Shown: piece after piece, positions 9,596 to 20,302 of the stretch | Position numbering within the stretch: position 1 is the stretch's first letter | How the letters are laid out: every line of letters starts with the position of its first letter | NCBI GenBank assembly: GCA_965204725.1 | Contig: OZ242005.1 | Coordinates: 1,408,001 to 1,472,000, forward strand | Reading direction: 5' to 3' | Source of the DNA: Candidatus Latescibacterota bacterium | Lineage (GTDB): Bacteria > Latescibacterota > UBA2968 > UBA8231 | Length of the DNA: 64,000 nt | The notes under the pieces: generated by a model | Database searches by the model: none | What the model was told of the DNA's origin: nothing | Seen by the model: the letters and a program-made list of their open reading frames with translations, nothing else | Program-made: the position numbers and the translations under genes

Positions 9596-10575
9596 TGCAG
9601 CCACGCCTTGACCCGGGGATGGTCGAGGACCGCTGGGTTGAGGATGTGTTCGGGCGGGCGGGCGGTGATGGCGGCCTCGACTTGCTCAATACTCTTGGCG
9701 TCGAGGCGCATGGTGGATTCGACCGTAATGCCGGCGTTGTGGTTGGTGCAGACAATGCGCGGGTGGCCCTTGTGGATGGCGCGGGTGTCGTTGACTGGAT
9801 CGTCCACCACGTAATAATAGAGCTTTTCTTCCTCAATGGCTCGGTGGACGTCCGCGTCGCTGACGAGATTGCCCCGCGAGGGATTGATCAGGGAGGCGTG
9901 GGGCTGCATTAGGCTGAGCAGGTCGTAATGGACGATGGTCGCGTCGCCCGAGACGTGGAGCGAGACCGTGTCGCACTCGCGAAAGAGTGCTTGGGGAGAG
10001 TCGGCGACTTCGGCCCCGTATTGGGCGGCGATGTCGGCGATGTCGGGGCGGGTGTCATAGACGAGCAGGCGTCCCTCAGTGCCCAAAAGGGGCACGGCGC
10101 GTTGGGCCACCTCTTGGCCGATGCGCCCGCAGCCGTACAGGCCGAGGGTGGTGTGTTGGGCCTCATAGGTGCGGATGATGGAGAAGTCGCCCCGATGGGA
10201 GCAATGATTGAGGGTATAGACCCGCTTGAGGGTGGCCATCCACTGGGCAATGGCGTATTCGGCGACCGCGTCGGTATGGACCGGCGTCACCGTGATGATC
10301 ACTCCGTGCCGCGTGGCTGCTGGGACATTGACCTTGTCGAAGCCGACGCCCCAGCGGGCGACGATGCGTAAATTTTCAGCGGCCGCGTAAAATTCGTCCG
10401 TATAGACTGATGAGCTCGCGATAGAGGCGATCAGATCGGGGGCGTGTTCAGCGGTGAGCACGGCTGGCTCCGGGATGAGGGTGCCCAGCGAGCGGAGGTG
10501 TTCGAGGCCCTGTTCGCGCTCACGGGAGGCGAATTCGGCGTTTTGGAACTGGGCGGTCAGCATGATGTTCGGCAT
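9592..10575 (-). CDS. D-isomer-specific 2-hydroxyacid dehydrogenase family protein
   Basis: RWGVGFDKV, GLYGCGRIG Rossmann motif, INPSRG. Confidence 0.85.
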   Translation of the reverse strand: MPNIMLTAQFQNAEFASREREQGLEHLRSLGTLIPEPAVLTAEHAPDLIASIASSSVYTDEFYAAAENLRIVARWGVGFDKVNVPAATRHGVIITVTPVHTDAVAEYAIAQWMATLKRVYTLNHCSHRGDFSIIRTYEAQHTTLGLYGCGRIGQEVAQRAVPLLGTEGRLLVYDTRPDIADIAAQYGAEVADSPQALFRECDTVSLHVSGDATIVHYDLLSLMQPHASLINPSRGNLVSDADVHRAIEEEKLYYYVVDDPVNDTRAIHKGHPRIVCTNHNAGITVESTMRLDAKSIEQVEAAITARPPEHILNPAVLDHPRVKAWLQ

Positions 10576-10598
10576 GGATATTCCTTTTTGATTTTTGA

Positions 10599-11459
10599 TT
10601 AAGGGAGTTCGGCGGCGGCTGGAATTGAATCCATGGCCCCCGGGCGGGTGACGCACAAGGCCGCGGCCTGCACCGCCCGGGCCATGGCCGCTCGGGCCGT
10701 CATGTCGGCGGTCAGGCCCTGAAGAAAATAGCCGATGAAGGTGTCGCCTGCACCGGTCGTATCGATGGCTGCGACGGGCGGGGCTGGCAGGTGGAACTCC
10801 TCGGTTGGGGAGCGATACTGAGCACCAGCGGCCCCCAGCGTGAGCGCGATATGGGCGTGGGGACAGCGCACGGCCAGTGCCGCAAGCGTGGATGCGCCGG
10901 CAAGGCCAGCCGCCTCGATTTCATTGACGATGAGCAAATCGACCTGTTTGAGGGGATACGCGCAGACCGCTGGGCCAAAGGGCGCGGGGTTTAAGCATAT
11001 CGTCAGGCCCCGCTCGGCGGCCGCGGTGAGGATGTAGGCAACGTCGTTTATCTCGTTCTGCAAGAGGAGCAGGTCCCCGCGGCCAAAATGGCCTAGCGTG
11101 GCGTCTATGGCCTCCCGGTCTATTTGGGCATTGGCCCCGGCAAACAGGACGATGCTGTTTTGGCCTTGGCGGTCAACTTGGATAATGGCCTGCCCGGTCG
11201 GTGCGTCGCCGACGCGGATGTGCTGTACATCCACGCCTAGCCCGGCCAATTTATCGACCACCCATTGCCCGTCTGGCCCAACTTGGCCGGCGTGAAAGAC
11301 GCTCGCACCAGCCCGGGCCAGAGCCGCGGATTGATTGGCCCCTTTGCCCCCGGCAAAGACTTGGTGCGCCGAGCTGGCGATGGTCTCGCCCGGGCGGGCG
11401 ATATGCTCAACTTGGTACACGAGGTCGATGTTGAGCGAGCCGAAGTTGAGGATGTTCAT
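10599..11459 (-). CDS. rbsK: Ribokinase (PfkB family)
   Basis: GSLNIDL, GGKGANQ, NEIEA, DTTGAGDTF motifs. Confidence 0.85.
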   Translation of the reverse strand: MNILNFGSLNIDLVYQVEHIARPGETIASSAHQVFAGGKGANQSAALARAGASVFHAGQVGPDGQWVVDKLAGLGVDVQHIRVGDAPTGQAIIQVDRQGQNSIVLFAGANAQIDREAIDATLGHFGRGDLLLLQNEINDVAYILTAAAERGLTICLNPAPFGPAVCAYPLKQVDLLIVNEIEAAGLAGASTLAALAVRCPHAHIALTLGAAGAQYRSPTEEFHLPAPPVAAIDTTGAGDTFIGYFLQGLTADMTARAAMARAVQAAALCVTRPGAMDSIPAAAELP

Positions 11460-12478
11460 TGCGTTTGATAGAGCGCCTCTAAGTCCCGCAGCATGAACTC
11501 CATTTGCTCAGGACCTGTTTGACAGGTGCTGAACGATTGGACCGCGGCGTTGGCAATAGCGACCGACTGCTGTTCCTTGTCGATGCCGATGTAGCCCCTT
11601 CCTTCGCTCAGGGCGGCCAAGGCCGTCGTGCCGCTGCCCACAAAGCAATCGAGAACGGTGTCGCTTGGATCAGTAAACAGCTTGATCGCTCGCCGCGGCA
11701 ACTCGATGGGGAACTTGGAATCGTGATCTGAATTGCTGCGGACAGAGGGGATTTCCCAGACTCCTCTCGAACCCCAATCCACCCATTCTTTTTTTGTCAG
11801 CCGCGATCTATCTACTTTCGTTATACCCGGTTTCCAAAAGATGTACAGGTATTCGGACTCATCTACCGAGCGGTACGATATGGTGTGCCAGCGCGAGTTT
11901 TCCCAAGCGGCGTCTTTTACCCATAAGCGCCGATCGTATAAATAAAAGCCGGCGTCTGTTGCGGATTTTTCTATCAAGCCGCCCACTAGATAAACCCTTG
12001 TTTGGAGTTGGTACTTTCCGCCGCGAATGTTGTTGCCGTTGAGCCGCCGATCAATCGTTTGTTCGCTGCATCCAAAGTGCGCTGCGAGTTGGTATCGGTT
12101 CCAATCGGGATGCTGCTGTTTAGCTTCGAGAATGTTCTCTTTTGTCAGTGCGATTTTTCTGCGCGAAATGTTTTCTGCCATGATTTTCGGCATACTCTCG
12201 TCTTTGAAACACAGTATATCGGCGATGTTTATCACCAAAAAGCCGCCCGGCTTAATGATGGGAAAGTGTAGTTTGATCACCGTGTGCAAAAGTTTTTGCC
12301 AATCGTCAAAAGACAAGTCTCGTTCATATTCTTTGCCGACGTAGTAGGGCGGCGACCATATACTCAGGGCGATGGAGTCTCGCTCGATTTTCTTTAGAAG
12401 CTGCCGCGAGTCGCCGTGGTATATCTTGTTGGGGACGAGTGCATCAAGCACCCTTACGACTGCCATGATCCTGTACAC
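11456..12478 (-). CDS. Site-specific amino-methyltransferase (beta class, probably N4-cytosine)
   Basis: Catalytic SPPY precedes SAM-binding DCFVGSGTT; low GC; adjacent to a restriction endonuclease. Confidence 0.9.
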   Translation of the reverse strand: MYRIMAVVRVLDALVPNKIYHGDSRQLLKKIERDSIALSIWSPPYYVGKEYERDLSFDDWQKLLHTVIKLHFPIIKPGGFLVINIADILCFKDESMPKIMAENISRRKIALTKENILEAKQQHPDWNRYQLAAHFGCSEQTIDRRLNGNNIRGGKYQLQTRVYLVGGLIEKSATDAGFYLYDRRLWVKDAAWENSRWHTISYRSVDESEYLYIFWKPGITKVDRSRLTKKEWVDWGSRGVWEIPSVRSNSDHDSKFPIELPRRAIKLFTDPSDTVLDCFVGSGTTALAALSEGRGYIGIDKEQQSVAIANAAVQSFSTCQTGPEQMEFMLRDLEALYQTQ

Positions 12479-13170
12479 TCCTTTTTTATTGGGTCATAAA
12501 TAAGTTTTTGAACTCGCCACGAAGCCTTGTCCTTTAATTTGTCAAAGCCCACTCGTACCCTAAAATCTTCGCCTAGTTGCGGTGCATTTCTACCCGCTAG
12601 CCAGAACCCATCGTCAACTGTTGGATTGTACGTTGCTTGCAATTTTCCGTTCGGAATAGCTGAGATAGTAACTTCGCTCAAGTGATGAGTACCGTTATCA
12701 TCAGAGTACATAAAATGAATGAGGCATGTCGTTGTCAGGTAATTCTTGCCTCCATATTTGGATATTTCTGGCAAAAATCCTTTTTCATCAACATTGACGC
12801 CAGACCGATGCTGTCTTACGCGCATGGAAGTCTGAGACATTTGGATCGTTGCAGTGCGATTTTCCTTCTCTGCTTTTGAGTCAATAAACAATGCTTGCCT
12901 AACGGTTTGGTCGGGTAAAATTACATATCTTGCCTTCTTGTAGTCAACCGTCCCGTACACTCTCTCTTGCACATTAAATCCCGCAAGCCGATCGAGTAGT
13001 TCTCGCGTTATGTCTTCGGCAATATCTTTAACGCGATCAGGCGATTTGAGGAATATCTCACGCGCTTCGATGCCAAAATCATAAACGGCTTGGAATATCC
13101 AGCGCAACGTGAGCCTTTCGATTTCCTCGATTTCCTCCAAGGATAGGGTGTTCGGATCCTTTTCTGTCAT
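12454..13170 (-). CDS. SfiI-family type II restriction endonuclease
   Basis: LSLEEIEEIE, AEDIT, DYKK, DSKAE, TTCLIHFMY, YNP, RVRVGFDKLK...WRVQ match the SfiI pattern as recalled; no database search was run. Confidence 0.8.
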   Translation of the reverse strand: MTEKDPNTLSLEEIEEIERLTLRWIFQAVYDFGIEAREIFLKSPDRVKDIAEDITRELLDRLAGFNVQERVYGTVDYKKARYVILPDQTVRQALFIDSKAEKENRTATIQMSQTSMRVRQHRSGVNVDEKGFLPEISKYGGKNYLTTTCLIHFMYSDDNGTHHLSEVTISAIPNGKLQATYNPTVDDGFWLAGRNAPQLGEDFRVRVGFDKLKDKASWRVQKLIYDPIKKECTGSWQS

Positions 13171-13205
13171 GTTTTTTATAACGGGAACGGGATAGGATGG
13201 TAACG

Positions 13206-13946
13206 CTAGGTGGTCGCTTTGTGGTAGGCGGCTTGCGCTGTGGTTTCTAAAAATCGCATGTCGTTGCTGAGGTCAATAAACTGGAAGCCCTCGGCGACGC
13301 GCCGTTTGACTTCGGCGGGGTCCTTGACCGGGATGCCGCTCGGTTTGTCGGCACTGGCGCAGCTGGCGCGAAAAGCCTGCAAGGCGGCCTCGTGGTCGGG
13401 ATGGCCGGCGGCGACGCCCATGGACATGGCTAAGTCGCCCGGCCCGAGAAAGCCGATATCGACGCCTTCGACGCCGGCGATGGCCTCGGCGTTTTCAATG
13501 CCCTCCATATCCTCGATCTGCGGAATGCAGAGGACGGCGTCGTCAAAGCGCTGGCGATAGTCCGGGGCCAATGTGACGCAGCGGCCCGTGCCGACCGACC
13601 GGGTGCCACGCGGTGGATAGCGCACGGCTTGGGCCAGCTTTTTGGCTTGCTCTGGGGTGCTGACGTGTGGAAAGACCAAGCCCCACGCCCCGGCGTCGAG
13701 CAGGCGGGCGGCCGTAGTTGGATCGTGATCCCAAGCGCGGGCCAAGGGCAGGGTGCCCCGGGCCTCAATGGCGCGGAAGGTGTGGGCGATGTGCCCGAGG
13801 TCAAAAGCCGAGTGCTCGGCATCGACCACCAGCCATTTGAAGCCAGCCGCTGCCATGACTTCGGCTGCCAGCGGCGAGGTTAGGTTGAGCCAAGAGCCGA
13901 TGGAAGGCTGCCCGGCGGCGAGTTGTACTTTGATGGGATTTTGCAT
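13206..13946 (-). CDS. HpcH/HpaI aldolase family protein
   Basis: VDAEHS, LDAGAWG, QIE, FLGPGDL motifs. Confidence 0.9.
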   Translation of the reverse strand: MQNPIKVQLAAGQPSIGSWLNLTSPLAAEVMAAAGFKWLVVDAEHSAFDLGHIAHTFRAIEARGTLPLARAWDHDPTTAARLLDAGAWGLVFPHVSTPEQAKKLAQAVRYPPRGTRSVGTGRCVTLAPDYRQRFDDAVLCIPQIEDMEGIENAEAIAGVEGVDIGFLGPGDLAMSMGVAAGHPDHEAALQAFRASCASADKPSGIPVKDPAEVKRRVAEGFQFIDLSNDMRFLETTAQAAYHKATT

Positions 13947-14006
13947 GGAATACCTAGCCTGTGGATGCAATTGCGTTTGAGGTCTAAGGGACGGCCGCGA
14001 GGGCCT

Positions 14007-14315
14007 TCATCGCAGCCCTGTCTGCCTCGCTGCTAACCACCGCTTCAAGGACGCTTGGCTTTCCCCGGAGGGCCTACCCGCTAGCAAGCCCTCTATGCTG
14101 ATGTCTTCGTCTAGGTCGGGCCAGTGGATTCCTTGGCCCACCCCAATAAGCCGCCAGTTACGTCTTTCTGCGGGCGTCGCATGCACGAGCCTAGGATACC
14201 AAGCCAACGGAACGGAGATGGTCCGCCCGTCGGAAAGATCCGCCATTAGGGCGTCGTCGGTAACTTCCACGCGCTCAGCTTCCGACACCTTCAAGTCAAC
14301 GGTCAAAATATCCAT
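14007..14315 (-). CDS. DUF2442 protein (putative antitoxin)
   Basis: LSDGRTISVPLAWYPRL...GIHWPDLDEDIS. Confidence 0.85.
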   Translation of the reverse strand: MDILTVDLKVSEAERVEVTDDALMADLSDGRTISVPLAWYPRLVHATPAERRNWRLIGVGQGIHWPDLDEDISIEGLLAGRPSGESQASLKRWLAARQTGLR

Positions 14316-14532
14316 CCCATGCCTCCATAAGGATCGTTTGATTTTCCTCAATTATCCTTGCAAGCTGACGTATCTCTGAGCGCGCCAGCCCTCCGCTTCT
14401 TTGTAGCCTCACCGGGTCCAGCCAGAACTTGGCGACTCGGTCGTCGCGTTCTACATGCACGTGCTGAGGTTCGGTGCGATCACTTGCATAGAAGAAGAAG
14501 CGATACGGCCCTTCTCTCAACACCGTCGGCAT
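14296..14532 (-). CDS. DUF4160 protein (putative toxin)
   Basis: MPTVLREGPYRFFFY...EPQHVHV...AKFWL; canonical partner of DUF2442. Confidence 0.85.
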   Translation of the reverse strand: MPTVLREGPYRFFFYASDRTEPQHVHVERDDRVAKFWLDPVRLQRSGGLARSEIRQLARIIEENQTILMEAWDGYFDR

Positions 14533-14562
14533 TGGTTCTCCAATGATGTTCCTGCTAAGGGC

Positions 14563-15699
14563 CTAGCCAGCGGCAATTAGCTCGTCAACTTGCGCTTTGA
14601 GCACGCCGAGGACCGCGTCGTATGGGAACCGGCCGATGAGCTGGGGGCCGCGCTTGAGGTTGACGAAGTTGGGGGCGCACCAAAGCCCTAGGTCGGCGTC
14701 GTCGGTCTCGCCCGGGCCGTTGACCCGGCAGCCCATGACGGCGATGGTGATCTGGTGATCGCGGGCGTACTCGGTTAGCTCGCGCACTTGGTGCGCTAGG
14801 TCGATGAAGGCTTCGTTTTCCACCCGCGAGCAGGAGGGGCAGGAGATGATGTTCAGCCCGGTCGGAAGCGACTTGGGGACTGAGCGGAAGCGGCCCGAGT
14901 ATATGTCGTCGAGGATCTGCCGCCCGACTTTGACCTCTTCGCCCTTGTCGTCAAACGGCAAGGTCAGGGAGACGCGAATGGTGTCGCCAATGCCGGCGCT
15001 GATGAGCTGTTCAAAGGCAATGCGGGTCTTGATCACGCCTGCGGGGGGCATCCCGGCCTCGGTGACGCCGAGGTGCAGCGGCACCTCGGGCCGTTCTTGG
15101 GCAAAGCGGGTGTTGGCGGCAACGACCTTGGCCGGATCGGAGTCCTTGAGCGAGACGCAGTAGCGGTGAAAGCCCAACCCGTCGAGCCGCTCGCAGTGCT
15201 CCAAAGCCGAGGCAATCATGGGCGAGATGGAGTCGCCCGCTGGAAAGCGCTCGGCTTGGGCCGGATCGACCGAGCCGCAGTTGACGCCCACGCGCAGGGC
15301 GCAATCGTGCTTGGCGGCCTCGTCCGCAATAAAGGCTATTTTGTCGGCGACCGGCTTGTCCCTTTCGTGGTGATAGAGGTGCCCGGGATTGTAGCGTATT
15401 TTCTCCACGTGCGGGGCCACGCTGCGGACCAACCGATAGTTTTCTTGCAGGTCCACAGACAGCGGCACGTCAACAGTCGGGGCGATTTGGGCGAGGGCCT
15501 CCACATCTTTTTTGCTATCGACGGCAATGCGGATGACGTCCGCCCCGGCCTCGGCTAAGAGCCGCAGTTGGCGGATGGTGGCCTCTAGGTCTTGGGTGCG
15601 GGTAGCGGCCATGCTTTGCACGGCAATGGGGTGGCCACCGCCAATGGTCGTGCGGCCGATTTGAACCGCGCGGGTGGGATTTCTCGGCATGGGGTTCAT
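14563..15699 (-). CDS. ispG: 4-hydroxy-3-methylbut-2-en-1-yl diphosphate synthase
   Basis: [55 protein letters not shown]. Confidence 0.95.
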   Translation of the reverse strand: MNPMPRNPTRAVQIGRTTIGGGHPIAVQSMAATRTQDLEATIRQLRLLAEAGADVIRIAVDSKKDVEALAQIAPTVDVPLSVDLQENYRLVRSVAPHVEKIRYNPGHLYHHERDKPVADKIAFIADEAAKHDCALRVGVNCGSVDPAQAERFPAGDSISPMIASALEHCERLDGLGFHRYCVSLKDSDPAKVVAANTRFAQERPEVPLHLGVTEAGMPPAGVIKTRIAFEQLISAGIGDTIRVSLTLPFDDKGEEVKVGRQILDDIYSGRFRSVPKSLPTGLNIISCPSCSRVENEAFIDLAHQVRELTEYARDHQITIAVMGCRVNGPGETDDADLGLWCAPNFVNLKRGPQLIGRFPYDAVLGVLKAQVDELIAAG

Positions 15700-15862
15700 G
15701 TCCCAAAAGTTAAATGCGAGGCCCTGTTTGTCAAAGGAAGAAGGCGTACCGGTGTGTTTTCTCTTGCTGAAAACGCCCCTGTTTGTGTACTTGTATATGT
15801 TGCAGTGATTCAGTAGCCTAAGGAGCTTTTGCCGTGAAGGTTTGGGTGGGAAGTGCGAGCCG

Positions 15863-17023
15863 ATGATCGTGCCCTCTACTAAAGTGCCCCAGACAAGGCC
15901 CTGTATCCCCGAAGAGGACGTGGCCGCGCTGCTGGAGGACTTTACCCAAATCCTCCGTAGCGGACGCCTGACGATGGGGCCGTACTTGGAGCGGTTTGAG
16001 CAGGAGTTTGCCGCATATACGGGCGCGGAACACGCCGTGGGCATGAACTCGGGGACCGCGCCGTTGGAGGTGGCTTTGCGCTATTGGGGGATTGAAGGGC
16101 AGGAGGTCGTGGTGCCGACGAATACGTTTATTGCCTCGTCCAACGCCGCGCTGTTGGCCGGAGGACGGCCCGTCCTGTGCGACATCGATCCGCAGACCCT
16201 GTCGAGCGGCCTGCCGCAGATTGAGGCTCAGGTCGGCAAAAAGACGCGGGCCGTAGTCGTGGTCCACATCGCGGGTCTAATCGCGCCCGACATCGAGGCC
16301 ATTCGCTCGTTTTGCCACACCCGCGGGCTGTTGCTGCTCGAAGACGCGGCCCACGCCCACGGCGCGACGGCCGACGGCCGGTCGGCCGGGAATTGGGGGG
16401 ATGCGGCGGGCTTTTCCTTTTTTCCGACCAAGCCGCTGACGACCGGCGAGGGAGGCGTGTTGAGCACCAACGACCGCGATTTGGCAGACTTTGCGCGGAG
16501 CTTCCGCACGCACGGGGTGAGCGCACAGGGCCGCTCGTTGGAGCGCTTGGGCCACAACTACCGCTTGCCCGAGCTGAGCGCGGCGCTCGGCTTGCGGCAA
16601 CTGGCGCGGCTAGCCGCACACACGGCCGAGCGCAACCGTCTCGCCGCTCGCTATCGGCGCGTGCTCGCCCGCTTGGGATGCGAGGGGGTGCTCCTGCCGG
16701 AATTTGCCGGCCGAGTCCACGCGTACTACAAGTTTCCCGTGCGCTTGCCGGCCGGAAAAAGACGCGAATGGGTGGTCGCCAAGTTGCGCGAGCGCGGGAT
16801 TGAAGTGGGCAGCGTGTACTGGCCGCCGTGCCACCTAACGCCGTTTTACCAGCGGGAGTTGGGCTATGGCCCCGGGGATTTCCCCGTGGCCGAGGCCGTG
16901 CTCGCCGAGGTGGTAACCCTGCCGATGTTTCCGGGCTTGAGTGCCGAGGCCGTGGAAAGGGTGGGCCGCAGCTTGGCCGAGGTATTGGCCGAGGCCGAAG
17001 GAGATTGTCGTGCCGGCAAATAA
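15863..17023 (+). CDS. DegT/DnrJ/EryC1/StrS sugar aminotransferase
   Basis: [29 protein letters not shown] (PLP lysine). Confidence 0.92.
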   Translation: MIVPSTKVPQTRPCIPEEDVAALLEDFTQILRSGRLTMGPYLERFEQEFAAYTGAEHAVGMNSGTAPLEVALRYWGIEGQEVVVPTNTFIASSNAALLAGGRPVLCDIDPQTLSSGLPQIEAQVGKKTRAVVVVHIAGLIAPDIEAIRSFCHTRGLLLLEDAAHAHGATADGRSAGNWGDAAGFSFFPTKPLTTGEGGVLSTNDRDLADFARSFRTHGVSAQGRSLERLGHNYRLPELSAALGLRQLARLAAHTAERNRLAARYRRVLARLGCEGVLLPEFAGRVHAYYKFPVRLPAGKRREWVVAKLRERGIEVGSVYWPPCHLTPFYQRELGYGPGDFPVAEAVLAEVVTLPMFPGLSAEAVERVGRSLAEVLAEAEGDCRAGK

Positions 17024-17642
17024 CCGAATTTTGGTCCTCGCACCGCACACGGACGACGGCGAGCTCGGCTGTGGAGGGACGATTAGCCGGATGGTGGAGG
17101 AGGGAAGCGAGGTGTACTACGCGGCCTTTTCCACGGCGGCCGAGTCGGTGCCGCCGCCCTTTCCGCCCGACATTCTCAAGAAGGAGGTGCGAGAGGGAAC
17201 AAAGGCGCTGGGGATTCCCGCGTCGAACCTGCTGACCTATCAGTACGCGGTGCGTCACTTGCCCCACATGCGCCAAGAAATCCTCGAAGAGTTGGTGCGG
17301 ATGAAAAGAGAAATTGACCCCGCAACCGTGTTCTTGCCCAGTGCCCAAGACCTGCACCAAGATCACCAGACCATTCACATCGAGGGCCTGCGCGCCTTTA
17401 AGACGGTCACAGTGCTCGGCTACGAGCTGCCGTGGAACAACTTGAGCTTTGACTACCGACATTTTTGCGTGCTCACCCGCGCCCACGTCCAGACCAAAAT
17501 CGCCGCGCTGCGCTGCTACCAGTCGCAACAGCATCGCCCGTACACCCAAGAGGATTTTATCTGGAGCTGGGCGCGAAGTAGGGGGGGGCAGATCATGGTG
17601 GAGTACGCCGAGGCGTTTGACGTGCTCAGGTGGGTGCGCTGA
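17010..17642 (+). CDS. PIG-L/LmbE-family deacetylase
   Basis: APHTDDGELGCGG and HQDH metal-binding motifs. Confidence 0.88.
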   Translation: MPANNRILVLAPHTDDGELGCGGTISRMVEEGSEVYYAAFSTAAESVPPPFPPDILKKEVREGTKALGIPASNLLTYQYAVRHLPHMRQEILEELVRMKREIDPATVFLPSAQDLHQDHQTIHIEGLRAFKTVTVLGYELPWNNLSFDYRHFCVLTRAHVQTKIAALRCYQSQQHRPYTQEDFIWSWARSRGGQIMVEYAEAFDVLRWVR

Positions 17643-18337
17643 TGAGCCGAGTGTTGGCGGCGCACCAGCCCAACTTTCTGCCTTGGCTAGGCTTGTTTCA
17701 CAAGGTGGGGCAAGCCGACGTGTGGGTCTGGGCCGACGACGTGCAGTACAGCCGCGGCAGCCTGACCAACCGCAACCGCATCCGCACGGCCTCGGGCTGG
17801 CAATGGCTGACTGTGCCCGTGCGGACGCGGGGCCGGGGCCGGCAGCGGATATGCGATGTCCAGACCCAGTCCGATGGCGATTGGCGGCGCAAGCACTGCC
17901 AATCCCTGCGCTGGCACTACGGCCACGCGCCCTTTTTCGACGAGTATGCCCCAGCCATAGAGGCCCTATACGCGGATGCGTGGCCCCAGTTGATCGACTT
18001 AAACGCGGCCCTGCTGCGCCACCTGTTGCCGCTCTTGGAGGTGGAGGTCGAAGTCCGCTTTAGCTCGCAGATGGACCTGCCGCATGAGCGGACTGCGCGC
18101 TTAGTGGATATGGCCAAGGCGTGCGACTGTCAGGTGTACTTGGCGGGGAGCGGGGCCTCGAAGGCGTACTTGGACGTGGAGGCGTTTGCTGCGGCCGGTA
18201 TTGAATGCCGCTTTACCCACTTTGAACACCCGGTGTACCCCCAGTGTCACGCGGGTTTTGTCGCCGAAATGTCGGTGTTGGACCTGCTTTTTAACTGCGG
18301 CCCGCAAAGCCGGGAGGTGCTTTTTGGCTGCGCCTGA
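17642..18337 (+). CDS. WbqC-family protein
   Basis: HQPNFLPW, DDVQY, NRNRI, WLTVP, SVLDLLFNCG. Confidence 0.9.
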   Translation: MSRVLAAHQPNFLPWLGLFHKVGQADVWVWADDVQYSRGSLTNRNRIRTASGWQWLTVPVRTRGRGRQRICDVQTQSDGDWRRKHCQSLRWHYGHAPFFDEYAPAIEALYADAWPQLIDLNAALLRHLLPLLEVEVEVRFSSQMDLPHERTARLVDMAKACDCQVYLAGSGASKAYLDVEAFAAAGIECRFTHFEHPVYPQCHAGFVAEMSVLDLLFNCGPQSREVLFGCA

Positions 18338-19483
18338 GGTGTACCACCTGACGAATGTCCACAACCCGTTTGACGCGCGGATTTTTTACAAGCAAGCGCA
18401 GACCTTAGCGCGGGCGGGATACGCGGTGACGGTGGTGGGGCCGGGGGCGGAGGCGCGGTGTGGAGAGTGGGCCGGGGTGCGCGTACAGACCTTGCCGGTA
18501 GCCCGAAGGGGCAGCCAGCGGTTTTTGAACCTGTGGCGTTTGTTGCGCGTCGGGCTGAGGGCGGACGCTGATTACTTCCACTTCCACGACCCCGAGCTGT
18601 TGCCCGTGGGCGCGGTGCTCAGGCTCTGCGGCCGCCGGGTCATCTACGACGTACACGAGCACTTCCCGCTGGTGGTCATGGTGCGGCCGTGGGTGCCCTC
18701 GTGGCTGCGGCGGCCCTTCTCGCGCTTGGTTGATTGGGGAGAACGCTTGCTCGCTCGCTATTTTGTCACGGCCGTGGTCGGAGTGGTTGAGGAGCAAGGC
18801 GATCGCTTTGCCAGCCGCCCTTTTGCCGTGGTCAAAAACTTCCCGCGCTTGGAGTGGTTTTCCCCCGGCTGCCGCGAGTTAGGGCCTTGTGCGCTGGTCC
18901 ACATTGGCTCGCTATCCGAAGACCGGGCGGGTTGTTCTTGCTCGAAATTATGCGCGAGTTAGCCGACACCCATCCGCAGGTCCGCCTCTTGAGCATCGGC
19001 GAGTTTCACTCGCAGGAGCTGCGGGCGCGATTTGAGGCTCGCCTGCGCGCATGGGGGCTGGAAGAGCAAATACACTACAGTGAAAAGCGCGTACCGTACG
19101 ACGAGTTGGGGGCGGCGATCGCCGCATGCCAGATCGGCTTGGTGCCGGGGCAGGTCTCGCCCAAAAATCTGGCCTCCTTCGTGCCGACCAAGCTCTTTGA
19201 GTACTTCGCCTGCGGTCTGCCCGTAGTCGCCAGTGATTTGCCTTCCATCCGCCGGTTTCGCGCGGTCGCCGATTGGGGCCTGCTCGCCGACCCGCACGAC
19301 CCGGCCGCCCATGCCCGCGCCATCGGGTGCTTACTCGACGACCCCGGGGCTGCACGGGCCAAGGGGGCGCAGGCGCGGCGAGCGGCAGAAGAGCATTTTA
19401 ATTGGGGAGCCGAAGCCGAAAAACTGTTGGCACTTTACGAGCGGATTGCACCGCGGAAAGGGGTCGGGAAATGCGTTGGTTAG
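18324..19483 (+). pseudogene. GT4 glycosyltransferase split by a 1-nt frameshift near 18924-18931
   Basis: N-half (DARIFYK, HFHDPEL, YDVHE) and C-half (PTKLFEY...GLPVVASDLP, FNW) lie in different frames; one extra G restores EDRGGLFLLE. Confidence 0.75.
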
Positions 19484-20292
19484 CGTTAGCAATGGGCCTG
19501 TTGGCCCTGTGTTGGGCTGGCGAGGGCTGGGCCGGGGCTTGGAGTCAGCCCCGGGGCGGCTACTACGCCAAGCTATCGGGAATACACTACTCGACCGCCG
19601 AGGTCTTCAACGACATGGGCCGCCGCGCCCCCATGGGCATGGACGACAACCAGTTCCGCGCCCGCCAAGTCCTCGCCTACTTTGAATACGGGTTGCGCGC
19701 ACGGTTGACGCTGACGGGCCAAGTTGGCGCGGGGCGGCTCGTGTCTGAAGATCGCTTTGTCGAGCGCATCACTTGGGGGCTGGGCGACGTGCATCTCGGC
19801 GCGAAATACCAGCTCACCGAGGGCCGGCTGGTGCTGGCGCCGCAGGTCGAGGTCGCGTTTCCGAGCGGGTACGACCGCGAATACGACCCGGCCCTTGGCA
19901 CCGGTTATTCCGAATTGGGAACGCGGCTCTTGGCGGGGCTGTCCCTCTATCCGCTGCCGCTCTACGCGGGGGCCGAGGTGGGGTACAAGCTGCGCGGCGG
20001 TCCGTTTTCCAACCAAGGGTCCTATTTTGTCGAGCTAGGAGCCACGCCGCGTCCGTGGCTGTTCGCCAAGGGCTTTGTCGCCCGGGTGTACACCCTCAGC
20101 GCGGGCAATGCGGGCAGTGGGCTGGTCGGAGTCGCACAGGTCTCGGAGGGCGATTGGGCCGAAGTGGGCGGCAATGCGGCCGTGCGAGTGGTTGGCCCGC
20201 TGTGGATCGACTTGTTGTGGAAGGTGGTTTTTCGGGGAGAAAACATCGGGGCCGGGTCGTCGTGGGGCTTGGGGTTGGCCCTCATTCGCTAA
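19471..20292 (+). CDS. Exported protein, probable outer-membrane beta-barrel
   Basis: Signal peptide ending GWA-GAW, alternating aromatic beta pattern (YFEYGL, GDVHLGAKY). Confidence 0.6.
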   Translation: MRWLALAMGLLALCWAGEGWAGAWSQPRGGYYAKLSGIHYSTAEVFNDMGRRAPMGMDDNQFRARQVLAYFEYGLRARLTLTGQVGAGRLVSEDRFVERITWGLGDVHLGAKYQLTEGRLVLAPQVEVAFPSGYDREYDPALGTGYSELGTRLLAGLSLYPLPLYAGAEVGYKLRGGPFSNQGSYFVELGATPRPWLFAKGFVARVYTLSAGNAGSGLVGVAQVSEGDWAEVGGNAAVRVVGPLWIDLLWKVVFRGENIGAGSSWGLGLALIR

Positions 20293-20302
20293 AGGAGTTG
20301 TC

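Noticed and set aside
16128-17549. 473-aa minus-strand ORF and similar long overlapping ORFs (29331-30788, 20435-21415)
   Set aside because: Antisense to well-supported genes, Arg/Pro-rich and without motifs
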